DNA of 64,000 nt from Cytophagales bacterium (lineage in GTDB: Bacteria; Bacteroidota; Bacteroidia; Cytophagales; Cyclobacteriaceae). Under the pieces are notes generated by a model. It searched no databases. It was not told the origin of the DNA and saw nothing but the letters and a program-made list of their open reading frames with translations. This document shows, one piece after another, positions 48,185-58,615 of the stretch. The stretch spans positions 34,678 through 98,677 of the forward strand of contig JAWXBL010000005.1 of the NCBI GenBank assembly GCA_034440075.1, read 5' to 3'. A program made the position numbers and the translations under genes. Each line of letters starts with the position of its first letter. The first letter of the stretch is position 1.

Positions 48185-49084
48185 ATGGTATCGACCCTAA
48201 AAGAGAAAAAGGAATCAGGATACGAATGGATTGACATCACCAATCCCACGAAAACCGAATTGAGCGATGTAGCGTCCCGGTACGGCCTGCACCCAGCGCT
48301 GGTGGAAGACTCGCTTCAGCCGGAGCACTTGCCGAAGTTCGAGATGGTAGGGGATATCCAGTTTGTAATTCTCCGCTTGTTCAGCAGCAAAGCCACACCG
48401 GAGGCGGATACAATCCAGGAGGTTACAGACAAGATCGCGGTCTTCATTGGCAATGAGTTTATCATTACCATTCACCGGCAGTCCTACGACTTCCTTCCGG
48501 AAATTAAATCGAAATACGTAGATACCGGGAAGTGCACGACACCCCATCACCTCCTTTTCAGAATCATCTCAAAGTCGATGGCAACCTTTGAGGTTCCGTT
48601 GGCTGAATTGGTCAAGGAGCTGGATTACTACGAGCCAAAAATTTTCTTGCAAAAGAAGACTCCGTCGCTGCTAAAGAACCTCTATTACATCAAGCGGAGG
48701 GCGGCGGTGATGGATCATATTTTCGAATTGTCGAAAGTCATCCTGGAAAATTTAAAGGGAAAGATCGGCGCGATTCATTCCAACCAGCTAAAAGATGAAT
48801 TCCTGCGCTTCCAGACAAGTGCCCGCCAGGCCATCGACAACGTCGCCAACTTACTTAACATCTACATTTCCCTATCCTCGCAGCGCACCAACGAAGTGGT
48901 GAGGGTACTCACGGTGTTCTCCGTGTTCTTTATGCCGCTAACCTTTATCGCCGGCGTCTATGGGATGAACTTCGACATCATGCCCGAGTTGCGGTGGGAG
49001 TACGGGTACCTGTTCGCCATGCTTTTCATGGTAGCCGTCACCGCCATCATTTACTTCTGGTTCAGAAGAAAGGGGTGGATGTAG
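48185..49084 (+). CDS. CorA family divalent cation transporter
   Basis: HLPKFE, TNEVVRVLT and YGMNF signature. Confidence 0.92.
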   Translation: MVSTLKEKKESGYEWIDITNPTKTELSDVASRYGLHPALVEDSLQPEHLPKFEMVGDIQFVILRLFSSKATPEADTIQEVTDKIAVFIGNEFIITIHRQSYDFLPEIKSKYVDTGKCTTPHHLLFRIISKSMATFEVPLAELVKELDYYEPKIFLQKKTPSLLKNLYYIKRRAAVMDHIFELSKVILENLKGKIGAIHSNQLKDEFLRFQTSARQAIDNVANLLNIYISLSSQRTNEVVRVLTVFSVFFMPLTFIAGVYGMNFDIMPELRWEYGYLFAMLFMVAVTAIIYFWFRRKGWM

Positions 49085-49299
49085 CTCGTTGCGGTGGCTG
49101 CCATATGTCAGTTGTAGATTAAAAGCACACCGAGGACAGCTATTGATAAAGCAGTTCCGGCTAAAAGACACCAACCTGCAATTTTGTTCAGCGTTGAATT
49201 TTGGGACCGGCCTTTCCACCAAAGCCAAAATCCAACGAAGGCAAATGGGAAGGCAATGATAATGTTTATGTAGTAGACCCATATCCATCCGGGCAGCAG

Positions 49300-50150
49300 A
49301 AACCAAACGGCAAAGACCAGTCAGGTATTGCGGCCATCAACTACGAGATTGCCGTATTTTGCCATAAAACCGGCAATCTCGATAATGCCTTCCGCTGCCT
49401 CGATGTGGCAGAAAAAAATGCCAGGGCGGTTAACGACTTGGAAAACCTGGGTACGAACTTTGGGCATCGGGGCGTCTTTCTGTCACGCAGCGGTCTATTC
49501 AAAGAAGCGGAGCCGTTCTACCGCGAGGTCTATGAAATTCGTAAAAAGACCAACGATAGTGTACTTGGGTACGTGCTGGACCTTGCCGACCTGGCACTTC
49601 GCAACGGAGCCCCGGCGTTGTCATTCCGCTATATCGAGCAGTCCACCGTGATCCGCCAAAAGATAGGCGATCAGCAGGGCGTAGCCATCAATCAGACGGC
49701 CCGGGGTGAAAACTATTTCGACCTGAAGCAGTATCGGGAAGCCATCCGCTCGTTCCGTTCTTCCCTCGCCCTGTCCCAGGCCCTCGGCTATACCGACCTC
49801 GTGCGGGACAACTACGCCAACCTAAGCAAGGCATACCTTGCGTTGAAAGACTATAAACAGGCCTATGTACTGCAGGAGCAGGCCAATTCCTACAAGGATA
49901 GTTTGTTCAACATGAACCGCACGCGGGTTATTCAGGAAATGCAGGCGAAGTACGATGCGGCGCAGAAAGATTTTCAGATTTCCGAATTGAGTAAAGAAAA
50001 TGAATTGAAGACCGCGGCCATTGAGCGGAATTCGTTGTCCATCGGTGCGTTGGCTGTCACCCTGACTTTGTTTATCGCGGTGGGATATTTGTGGAGGCAC
50101 CGAAGCAGGCAAGAGCAGCAGATCATTGCCCAGCAGCAAAAAATGCCGCG
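49300..50150 (+). pseudogene. Internal fragment of a TPR-type sensor histidine kinase
   Basis: TPRs, the RVIQEMQAKYD motif and one TM helix. No signal peptide and no kinase domain; the ORF (49201-50187) ends inside the crp promoter. Confidence 0.65.
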
Positions 50151-50176
50151 CCCCTTGCAACCCGTATCCGAACGAC

Positions 50177-50184
50177 TACTTTTG
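50177..50184 (+). promoter_or_regulatory. Bacteroidota -7 promoter element of the crp gene
   Basis: TACTTTTG with TTG at 50155-50157; ATG at 50188. Confidence 0.65.
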
Positions 50185-50187
50185 TGA

Positions 50188-50811
50188 ATGGATTCATTAG
50201 GAGCCATCGTCGAGTTTAAGTCGTCTCCGGAGGTTCGGAAGAAGCTGTTGGAATACGGGACCCCGAGACTTTTTTCGGAAGGGGCGGTCATCCTCGATGA
50301 AAACGTGTACATCAAAGCCATACCCATTGTCATACGGGGAAGTGTGCGTGTTATTCGCCGCGACGACGAGGGCAGAGAGATCCTCCTGTATTACATCCGG
50401 TCGGGAGAAAGCTGCATCATGTCGTTCCTTGGAGGGATGCACCACGATACCAGCAAAGTGATCGCCGTTGCGGAAGAGGAAACAGAAATACTGTTTATAC
50501 CCATCGATAAAGTCAGCACGCTCATCAAGGAAAACCCGGAATGGCTTGACTATATTTTCCGATTATACCACAAGCGGTTTGAAGAGCTCCTGGAAATGGT
50601 CAACGCGGTAGCGTTCAGGAAGATGGATGAACGCCTGCTGACCTTCCTGCGCAAGCGGTGTGAGATGACGAAAAGCAACACGCTCCTCCTTACACATGAG
50701 CAGGTGGCCAATGAACTGGGTACGGCGCGGGTGGTGGTTTCCCGCCTCCTGAAGCAGATGGAGGAGAAAGGACTCGTCAAATTGGGTCGAAATAAAATTT
50801 CCCTTGTGTAA
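50188..50811 (+). CDS. Crp/Fnr family transcriptional regulator
   Basis: cNMP-binding fold (EILLYYIRSGESC) and HTH THEQVANELGTARVVVSRLLK. Confidence 0.93.
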   Translation: MDSLGAIVEFKSSPEVRKKLLEYGTPRLFSEGAVILDENVYIKAIPIVIRGSVRVIRRDDEGREILLYYIRSGESCIMSFLGGMHHDTSKVIAVAEEETEILFIPIDKVSTLIKENPEWLDYIFRLYHKRFEELLEMVNAVAFRKMDERLLTFLRKRCEMTKSNTLLLTHEQVANELGTARVVVSRLLKQMEEKGLVKLGRNKISLV

Positions 50812-50822
50812 CAAAAGTCACT
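50807..50822. promoter_or_regulatory. CRP-like operator
   Basis: TGTAA-N6-TCACT, centred about 30 nt upstream of the -7 element. Confidence 0.5.
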
Positions 50823-50843
50823 GCCTGCGCAGATCGTAAGCCG

Positions 50844-50851
50844 TACTTTTG
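50844..50851 (+). promoter_or_regulatory. Bacteroidota -7 promoter element of the MBL-rhodanese operon
   Basis: TACTTTTG matches TAnnTTTG. Confidence 0.65.
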
Positions 50852-50856
50852 TGGCT

Positions 50857-52212
50857 ATGGAATCAAACCGAGACTTTACGATCCGCCAATTTGAAGACAA
50901 AAACCTCGCGCACTATTCGTACGCGATTCTAAGCAGGGGAGAAGTTGCCTTGATTGACCCGGCGCGCGATCCGCGCCCCTATTACGAATTTGCAAAGGCA
51001 AACCAGGCCAAAATCACCGCGGTCATTGAAACCCACCCACATGCCGATTTTGTCAGCAGCCATCTGGAAGTACACAACGATACCGGTGCCACGATTTATG
51101 TCAGCAAACTCCTTGGAGCGGAATATCCGCATAAACCGTTCGATGAAGGTCAAACGTTCGCGCTTGGAGAGATCACGCTCCAGGCGCTGAACACACCGGG
51201 CCATTCCCCCGACAGCATCAGCGTGGTGGCCCGTGATAAGCACGACAAACCCCACGCCGTCTTTACCGGCGACACGCTGTTCATCGGTGACTGCGGGCGT
51301 CCGGATCTGCGTGAAAGTGCAGGTGCCTTGACGGCCGCCCGGGAGGACCTGGCCCGCCAGATGTACCATTCCCTGCAGACGAAAATGATGCCCCTGCCCG
51401 ACGATGTGATCGTGTACCCTGCTCACGGTGCGGGAAGCTTGTGCGGGAAGGGTTTGAGTCAGCAGAATACAAGCACCATGGGTGCTGAGAAATTGGGTAA
51501 CTGGAGCCTGCAGAAGACGACAGAGAAAGAATTTGTGCGCGAACTGCTTGCCGATCAGCCGTTCGTTCCAAAATATTTTCCGTTTGCCGTTGCGGTAAAC
51601 AAGCGGGGAGCGGAGGGGTTTGTGAAAAGTATTTCCCGGGTGATATCCGATGCGGAAGGACAGCCGCTTGATCCTGCGTTGCCCCTCATCGACGCCCGGC
51701 CGCAGGAGGCTTTCAAAAAGGGACACCACCCGGGGGCTATCAACCTGATGCACGACACCAAGTTTGAAACCTGGCTCGGCAGCATTATCAACCCGGGTGA
51801 GCGCTTCCAGCTTGTTGCAGGGAGTGAACCGGTGCTTCAGGAACTGATCGGGCGGATCGCCCGCATCGGGTACGAGGGGCAAATCACCGCCGCGTTGGTG
51901 GATCACAGCGGTAAGGAAACTACGGCTGTTTTTGATGCCGACCTGCTACGCAAAAAGGTGGAGGCCTACACGGTGGTAGATATCAGAAATCCGTCGGAGG
52001 TGAAGGCGCTACCGTTGTTCAAAGATGCCGTCCACATTCCGCTCTATGAATTGCGTGAGCGCTTGGGCGAAATTCCAACAAGCAAGCCTGTCGTTGTCCA
52101 TTGTGCGGGCGGATATCGCAGTGCTGCCGGAAGCAGCATGCTCCAGGCAAAAGCGGGAAAAGGGTTGGAAGTATATGATTTGAGTGAGTCGGTAAAAACA
52201 TTTATTCCATGA
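50857..52212 (+). CDS. MBL-fold persulfide dioxygenase fused to two rhodanese domains
   Basis: ETHPHADFVS, TPGHS, GDCGRPDL, PAHGAGSLCG and VHCAGGYRS. Confidence 0.88.
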   Translation: MESNRDFTIRQFEDKNLAHYSYAILSRGEVALIDPARDPRPYYEFAKANQAKITAVIETHPHADFVSSHLEVHNDTGATIYVSKLLGAEYPHKPFDEGQTFALGEITLQALNTPGHSPDSISVVARDKHDKPHAVFTGDTLFIGDCGRPDLRESAGALTAAREDLARQMYHSLQTKMMPLPDDVIVYPAHGAGSLCGKGLSQQNTSTMGAEKLGNWSLQKTTEKEFVRELLADQPFVPKYFPFAVAVNKRGAEGFVKSISRVISDAEGQPLDPALPLIDARPQEAFKKGHHPGAINLMHDTKFETWLGSIINPGERFQLVAGSEPVLQELIGRIARIGYEGQITAALVDHSGKETTAVFDADLLRKKVEAYTVVDIRNPSEVKALPLFKDAVHIPLYELRERLGEIPTSKPVVVHCAGGYRSAAGSSMLQAKAGKGLEVYDLSESVKTFIP

Positions 52213-52418
52213 ATCTGATCATACGCAACAGATTTACGATCCTAGGCCTGGTGCTGGGCGCTGCCGCAGGTTTCCTGTACTACTATTATATTGGATGTAC
52301 CAGCGGCTCATGCCCCATCACGTCACGACCCATAAACAGCACCTTGTACGGCGCGGTCATGGGAGGACTGTTTTTCAGCACGTTTAAAAAAGAAAAGTCA
52401 AGCGAAAAAAATCAATAG
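52209..52418 (+). CDS. Small membrane protein (DUF6132-like)
   Basis: YYYIGCTSGSCPITS motif between two TM helices. Confidence 0.75.
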   Translation: MNLIIRNRFTILGLVLGAAAGFLYYYYIGCTSGSCPITSRPINSTLYGAVMGGLFFSTFKKEKSSEKNQ

Positions 52419-52420
52419 AA

Positions 52421-52675
52421 ATGAATACAACTTCAAGAACCATTATCGATGTCCGGTCACCAGGGGAATTCCAGGGAGGCCACGTCACCGGCAGCATCAA
52501 CATCCCGTTACAGGAGATTCGGGAACGCCTCCACGAGGTGAAGCAGCTGGCTCAACCGATGGTGCTTTGCTGCGCCAGCGGCAACCGCAGCGGACAGGCT
52601 GCCGCCTTTCTGCAAAGCGAGGGCATCGTGTGTGAAAACGGTGGAAGCTGGATGGATGTTGACGAAACCATTTAA
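52421..52675 (+). CDS. Rhodanese-like protein
   Basis: IIDVRSPGEF and CCASGNRS. Confidence 0.9.
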   Translation: MNTTSRTIIDVRSPGEFQGGHVTGSINIPLQEIRERLHEVKQLAQPMVLCCASGNRSGQAAAFLQSEGIVCENGGSWMDVDETI

Positions 52676-52687
52676 AGAAAAAGAATC

Positions 52688-53002
52688 ATGTTAGAACTTC
52701 TCAAAAGTCTGTTCGGCATAGGCCCCCGTGTTAATTTCAAAGAACTCGTGCAAAACGGTGCGGCCATCGTAGACGTCCGAACGAAAGGCGAATACAGTCA
52801 AGGGCATATCAAGGGCTCGGTAAACATCCCCCTGGGGAGTCCCGTCAGCCAATATGCACGGTTTCCCAAAAACAAGGTCCTCATTACCTGCTGCGCATCG
52901 GGCATGCGAAGCGGCCAGGCAAAGAGCACGCTGAAGTCAAGCGGATATACCGACGTGCACAACGGCGGCGGATGGGGGAGCCTGGAGTACAAACTCCGGT
53001 AA
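52688..53002 (+). CDS. Rhodanese-like protein
   Basis: IVDVRTKGEY and CCASGMRS. Confidence 0.9.
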   Translation: MLELLKSLFGIGPRVNFKELVQNGAAIVDVRTKGEYSQGHIKGSVNIPLGSPVSQYARFPKNKVLITCCASGMRSGQAKSTLKSSGYTDVHNGGGWGSLEYKLR

Positions 53003-53029
53003 GGGCCGTTTTGTACCTTGCGGACTACG

Positions 53030-54115
53030 ATGCGTTCCGTTGTCCTGCCATTTGCGTGCGCTGTTTTCCTTGCCGGCGGTTGTTCGAAAGCAATCAACTC
53101 CCGCACGTTTCCTTCCTATGACATCATCCCGGATTCTTCGGGTGTCACGCTGAATGTCCACGACCGAGAGCGTCCGGTACGGATGCTGTACATGGGATGC
53201 GGGCACCTGCTCTTCGAATACAACGGGGAAATAATTGTCACCGATCCCTGGTTTTCAGTGCAGCCTTTCGGCCCGGGCAAAATACAATCCAGCGATGCGG
53301 ACTACCAGAAGTACAAAGGTGCTGTGGATGCCGCCGGGATGAACCTTGGGCTGACGAAGAGCGTGTGGATCGCGCACACCCATTACGACCACATGATGGA
53401 CATTCCGATGCTTCTGGAAAAATCATGGCCGGCCGATGTTCCCATTTATGGCAATGAATTCGGCGATAATATTCTCCAACATTTTGTCAACGCTGGCCAA
53501 TACCGTCCGATCATGGATGCCGCCGATCCGGTTTCCAAAAGTCCGGCTTCCTGGCGTACCGGCGGATCGTCTATCCGCGTCCTTCCGATACTGTCTGATC
53601 ATGCGCCGCATGTGAAGTGGGGTCCACTAACAGTTCATCTTATGCGCGGGAAAATCAGAGATGATTATTTCCGTGAAAAATTCATACAAGCAGCTGCCCG
53701 CACCAAGTCAAAGGAATGGCGGGAGGGAGATGTCTTTTCATTCCTCTTCGATTTTATGGACGGAGGCCGGATCGTGTACCGCATATTCATACAAACCTCA
53801 GCAAGTCATTTTCCGCTGGGCCGACCTCCGGAAGATGTGATCAGGGATCATCCGGTCGATGTGGCTATCCTTTGCCTGGCCTCATCGAATACGGTAAAGC
53901 CTTATCCTGTGGATATCCTGAATGCATTGAAACCGGCAAAAACGGTATTCATTCACTGGGAAGATTTCTTCCGGCGGGCAGCTTTTAATGAACACCGGCT
54001 GGTACGGCTCACCAATTTCCGAAAGATAGCACGACGTATGAGCGACAGTGGCCTGCCCATGAACAAGCAGGACTATGTGATGCCCCGGCCTGGGACGGTG
54101 ATAACAATCCGGTAG
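53030..54115 (+). CDS. MBL-fold metallo-hydrolase lipoprotein
   Basis: Lipobox LAGGC, AHTHYDHMMD and IHWEDFF. Confidence 0.8.
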   Translation: MRSVVLPFACAVFLAGGCSKAINSRTFPSYDIIPDSSGVTLNVHDRERPVRMLYMGCGHLLFEYNGEIIVTDPWFSVQPFGPGKIQSSDADYQKYKGAVDAAGMNLGLTKSVWIAHTHYDHMMDIPMLLEKSWPADVPIYGNEFGDNILQHFVNAGQYRPIMDAADPVSKSPASWRTGGSSIRVLPILSDHAPHVKWGPLTVHLMRGKIRDDYFREKFIQAAARTKSKEWREGDVFSFLFDFMDGGRIVYRIFIQTSASHFPLGRPPEDVIRDHPVDVAILCLASSNTVKPYPVDILNALKPAKTVFIHWEDFFRRAAFNEHRLVRLTNFRKIARRMSDSGLPMNKQDYVMPRPGTVITIR

Positions 54116-54127
54116 GTTGGAATGGAG

Positions 54128-55381
54128 CTACTTCGCGGGTGCGGCTGTCATTTCCGACAACGTGGCGCTGCCTCCTCTGAAAAAATACCATACCCACGCA
54201 GAAGACAGGATGGCAAGGACTACCAACGCCAGGCTTAACGGGTCAGCGATCGGCAGGCCGCTTACATAAATCAGTATGATACAAGTTAATACCAACCGGA
54301 GAAGTTCGGAACCGGCAAGCCATGATTTCGATTCCATTACTCCGCTCCAGTTGATGATCATATGCCATAGTAAAAAGCTTCCGACCCACCGCTCCGCTGT
54401 ACTCCACGGTGAACGCGGGTCAATGATGAACATCATGAGTGCGATTCCCAGCATCACGTGCATGATAAGATATGGCTTGGCTCCCCGGAACATTGCTGTC
54501 TGAAAGCGAACCTGGTTTTGTTGGGTGACCTCCTGGAGGGGAGGCTTTGGCGGGAGTCCTTCCGGTGTCCAACCCAGGGGCATAAACCAAATCCGGATCT
54601 TGTCAAGCCACCGCGGCGCAGCCACCGCATCGTTCCAGAGTACGCGGTAGTAATGAAAATTAATCGTGATGGGGTTCCAGGTGTTGGGAGGATTGTACAT
54701 GCCGTACACTACCTTTTCACGCTCTTCGGCGAAGGACCCGAACAAGCGGTCCCAGATAATGAGAAACTCCCCGAAATTCTTGTCCAGATACCGGAAGTTG
54801 ATTCCGTGGTGAACGCGGTGGTGGGAGGGTGTGGTGAAGAAGAACTCAATCCAGCGCCACAGTTTGGGGATTAATTCTGTATGATGGAGGAACGCCACGA
54901 AGAGGTGTATCCCTGTCATGGCGTAGATATCAATGGGGCGGAATCCAATGAGTGTGAGCGGCCAGAAGAACAAAAACGAGGTTAACCGTTGCGTGACGCT
55001 GGCACGCAACGCGACGAAGAAATTCATTTCCTCAGCCGAATGGTGCGGCGAGTGTGCCGCCCACATGATGTTGACGTGATGTCCCCACCGGTGCACCCAG
55101 TAGAAAATGAAATCGATTCCCAGCAGGAGCAGGATGAAGGTCACCACGTTCATCTCGAGGTTGTCGATCAACCTGTAGTTGGTCCACAGCCATCCGTAAA
55201 CGATATATACCCCCGCGGCCACCAGCACATTCATAGTCTGGTTTCCAAGTGCTGTTCCAAAATTGGCTACGGCCTCCTGAAAGCTGATATACTTCTTCTT
55301 GTAGTACCAGCACAGCCCCATTTCAATCAGGATAAACCCGATTGCGAGGGGCGTCAGCAGGGTGTATATGTTGGTGGTCAT
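54128..55381 (-). CDS. Sterol desaturase/fatty acid hydroxylase family protein, alkylglycerol monooxygenase-like
   Basis: His boxes YWVHRWGH, HSPHHS and TPSHHRVHH; LDKNFG; extended membrane C-terminus. Confidence 0.85.
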   Translation of the reverse strand: MTTNIYTLLTPLAIGFILIEMGLCWYYKKKYISFQEAVANFGTALGNQTMNVLVAAGVYIVYGWLWTNYRLIDNLEMNVVTFILLLLGIDFIFYWVHRWGHHVNIMWAAHSPHHSAEEMNFFVALRASVTQRLTSFLFFWPLTLIGFRPIDIYAMTGIHLFVAFLHHTELIPKLWRWIEFFFTTPSHHRVHHGINFRYLDKNFGEFLIIWDRLFGSFAEEREKVVYGMYNPPNTWNPITINFHYYRVLWNDAVAAPRWLDKIRIWFMPLGWTPEGLPPKPPLQEVTQQNQVRFQTAMFRGAKPYLIMHVMLGIALMMFIIDPRSPWSTAERWVGSFLLWHMIINWSGVMESKSWLAGSELLRLVLTCIILIYVSGLPIADPLSLALVVLAILSSAWVWYFFRGGSATLSEMTAAPAK

Positions 55382-55421
55382 CTCTGGCTGGTTTCTATAT
55401 ACAAGGTAGTGAGAACCTTAT

Positions 55422-58400
55422 TTATTGCCCTCGATTTATTTCACCATTCGTTTTAAAAATCTGCTCCGACGCCTTCTTTAATTCCTCGTGCCGGTCATAA
55501 ACATCCTTCCCAAGCCGCTGGTCGGCCTGGTCCAGAAGTTGACGCAGGTAGTTCAGTTGGTCGATGAGCATGGGTGTTTCATAGGCGCCTTCTTTCGTTA
55601 CCAGCTTCCCTTCGACCTTGGATAAGGCAACATCCAGCGTCTTCTGTGCGTCGGTTGCCTTGCCTTCTTTCACAAGCCCGGCGATTACCTTGCGCTCCGC
55701 TTTCAGTTGTTCGGCAATGCGCTTGCTGCTGTCCAGGAGAGAAATCACCTGGTGTGACAGCACCTCTTGCGCCCGCATGTCCTCGATAGTGACCCTGCCG
55801 CTGACCCGTGGATCGGGCATGATCCTTAATTTCTGTGTGAAAATTTGCTTGTCCACGCTAAGGCGAACTTCGTATTCACCGGGGCTCATGCGTGGACCAT
55901 TCCGCTTGCTCCGGGAAGCGTCGGCATCCCAGGGACCTTCGTGCAGCATGTCCCAACGGAACCGCTGGGAACCAACACCCTTCTGTAATTCAGCTTTGGC
56001 GGTGGATGTGACGAAGTTGGTGGCCATGTCCCTGCTGGCGGCGCGGGTAGTGTCCTTGCGCGGCACGACGCTCGTAAAGGTGCGTACGACAATGTTGTCG
56101 GAAAGGATTTCAAGTTTGATGTCCCCGGTAGGTTTCGACGCAAGGTAGTAGTCGATGATTACGGCGGGGGCTGGGAAGTAAGGAACGTCCGTCTTCGAAT
56201 TGCCCTGGTAGCGGTACCGATACGTGTCCACAGGCTTGTATAAATACGCCGCCGCACTCTTGGCCCGGGCCAGCTGATGCAGCGGTGTGATGTTGTCGAG
56301 AATCCAGAAGGATCTCCCCATGGTTGACAAGGCCAGATCATTCCTAAAAACCTTGATATCCGTGACGGGCGTGACGGGCAGGTTCTGCTGAAAGGGCTGC
56401 CAGTTCGCGCCGTCATCCAGTGAAACAAACATTCCATATTCTGTTCCTGCATAAAGGATACCTTCCACAGTGGGATCTTCGCGCACCACGCGCACGGGAT
56501 AATCGGAAGGGATCCCCTTCGTAATCAGCGACCATGTTTTTCCGTAATCAAATGTCTTAAAGATATACGGCTTCCAGTCCCCGAGTTGATAGCGCAGCGA
56601 CACCACATAGGCTTTACCTTCCTTATGAGGTGAAGGCTCCACGGTGTCGATGCGTCCCCCTGGCGGCAGCTCTTTGGGTGTCACATTGTTCCACGTTTTC
56701 CCACCGTCCAGCGTCACATGCACCGGGCCGTCATTGGCGCCGACCCAAATCAGCCCCGACTTCAACGACGACTCCCGGATGTCGTAGATCGTGGAATAGA
56801 ATTCCTCTCCGGTTATGTCGCGGGTAATGGGGCTTCCGGAGATCACTTGCTTGCCGGGTTCACGGGCCGTGAGGTCGGGAGAAATCTTCTCCCACGTAAG
56901 ACCTTCGTTCATGGTCTTGTGTACAAACTGCGACGTGTGATAAATTATGTTCGGGTTGTGCGGCGATACATGGATGGGGGAGACGCGCTGAAAGCGAAAC
57001 GTCAAATCATCCGGATCTTGGCCATACATGTTGGCGGCGCCGACGACGAAAATTTTCTCCTGGCCGGTTCGCTTGTCATAAATGCTGAACCTGCCTTTGC
57101 AGTTGGCATACACTGTGTTTGGATCTCCGGGCTTGGGAACGGCAGGCCCGGTTTCGCATCCGCCGGTGGCCATGAGAAAACTCGCCGGTCCTCCTGCGGG
57201 ATCATACGGGGGCAGGCTCGGTACCGATACCGTCGTATTGTTGTCCTGCTGGCCAGCGTACAGCCAGTACGGGAATTGATCGTCGAGGTCTACCTGGTAC
57301 AGTTCAGATGTAGGCTGATTCATTTGGGTAGACCACGTCTTGCCGCCGTTGGTGGATACGTTGGCACCTCCGTCATTGGCTTGAATCATCATAGAGGTAT
57401 CCCGGGGATTGATCCACAAGTCGTGGTTGTCGCCGTGCGGTGTCGAAATAGTTTTCCATGTCTTGCCGGCATCCGCAGATTTCCAGAAACTGGTGGTCAT
57501 GGAGAACAGCACATCTGCGTTGAGGGGATTCGCTTCGATATTGCAATAGTAAAAGGGACGGTCGAGGAGTTCCTTCTTGTCGCCTACAAACTTGAAATTC
57601 TCTCCGAGGTCCTCCGACCTGTACAGGCCGCGCTCGCCCTTGGGTGCTTCGATAAGTGCGTACACACGCTTTGGGTCGGCAGCGGAAACAGCGAGATCGA
57701 TCTTGCCGATCAGTCCTTGCGGCAGGCCCTGGGTCAGCTTCTTCCAGGTGGTGCCGCCGTCGGAAGACTTATAAATTCCGCCTGCCTGCTTGCCGCCGCT
57801 GATAATCGTCCACGGCTTGCGCTCCACACGCCACATGGTTGCGAAGATGATGTTGGGATTTCCCGGAGCAATTTCCAGGTCTGCGGCCCCGATGGTATCG
57901 GATAAATACAATACCTGCTCCCATGTTTTTCCGCCGTTGCGGGTGCGGTACACGCCACGCTCCTTGTTGGGCTGGAAGGGTTGGCCGATGGCAGCAACAA
58001 ATACGGTGTCGGATCGCGTAGGATGGATTTCCACAGCGCCGATCTGCCCTACCTTTTCCAGGCCAAGGTGTTTCCACGTCTTGCCGGCATCGGCTGATTT
58101 ATAGACTCCTTTGCCAAGGATCACATTGGATCGTATGCCGTCGGTTCCTGTTCCGACGTAAACAATTTTCGGATTGGGCTGAAAGACCTGGATGTCGCCA
58201 ATAGAGGGTGTGGAAAAAAAGCCGTCGGAGACGTTCTTCCAGCTGACGCCGTAGTCCTCTGTTTTCCATACGCCGCCGCCGGTAGATCCGAGGTAGTACG
58301 TGGAAGGCTGGCTGTCAATGCCGGCCACCGTAGTTACCCGTCCGCCCTGGGTAGGGCCAACATTGCGGTATTGCAGCGCTCTGAAAAAGGCCGTGTCAAG

Positions 58401-58499
58401 GGATACAAGGGGTGTTGCGGGGGCTTTGGATTGCCGCTGCCCGATAGAAGGGGTGATGGTGAACAGTATGACGACAGAAAGGGCCAGCAGAAATCGCAT
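55422..58499 (-). CDS. BNR/Asp-box (VPS10/sortilin-like) glycosyl hydrolase family protein
   Basis: Repeated S/TxDxGxTW Asp-boxes and a signal peptide. Confidence 0.85.
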   Translation of the reverse strand: MRFLLALSVVILFTITPSIGQRQSKAPATPLVSLDTAFFRALQYRNVGPTQGGRVTTVAGIDSQPSTYYLGSTGGGVWKTEDYGVSWKNVSDGFFSTPSIGDIQVFQPNPKIVYVGTGTDGIRSNVILGKGVYKSADAGKTWKHLGLEKVGQIGAVEIHPTRSDTVFVAAIGQPFQPNKERGVYRTRNGGKTWEQVLYLSDTIGAADLEIAPGNPNIIFATMWRVERKPWTIISGGKQAGGIYKSSDGGTTWKKLTQGLPQGLIGKIDLAVSAADPKRVYALIEAPKGERGLYRSEDLGENFKFVGDKKELLDRPFYYCNIEANPLNADVLFSMTTSFWKSADAGKTWKTISTPHGDNHDLWINPRDTSMMIQANDGGANVSTNGGKTWSTQMNQPTSELYQVDLDDQFPYWLYAGQQDNNTTVSVPSLPPYDPAGGPASFLMATGGCETGPAVPKPGDPNTVYANCKGRFSIYDKRTGQEKIFVVGAANMYGQDPDDLTFRFQRVSPIHVSPHNPNIIYHTSQFVHKTMNEGLTWEKISPDLTAREPGKQVISGSPITRDITGEEFYSTIYDIRESSLKSGLIWVGANDGPVHVTLDGGKTWNNVTPKELPPGGRIDTVEPSPHKEGKAYVVSLRYQLGDWKPYIFKTFDYGKTWSLITKGIPSDYPVRVVREDPTVEGILYAGTEYGMFVSLDDGANWQPFQQNLPVTPVTDIKVFRNDLALSTMGRSFWILDNITPLHQLARAKSAAAYLYKPVDTYRYRYQGNSKTDVPYFPAPAVIIDYYLASKPTGDIKLEILSDNIVVRTFTSVVPRKDTTRAASRDMATNFVTSTAKAELQKGVGSQRFRWDMLHEGPWDADASRSKRNGPRMSPGEYEVRLSVDKQIFTQKLRIMPDPRVSGRVTIEDMRAQEVLSHQVISLLDSSKRIAEQLKAERKVIAGLVKEGKATDAQKTLDVALSKVEGKLVTKEGAYETPMLIDQLNYLRQLLDQADQRLGKDVYDRHEELKKASEQIFKTNGEINRGQ

Positions 58500-58615
58500 G
58501 AGTATGGGGTATTTGGTGAAACGCTTAGTTAATCAAAAGTCGTGGCAAAGGTCAAATTAAAAACACGATTGACTCACTTCTATTTATCTTTGCCGTTCAT
58601 TTTTAAGAAAATACC

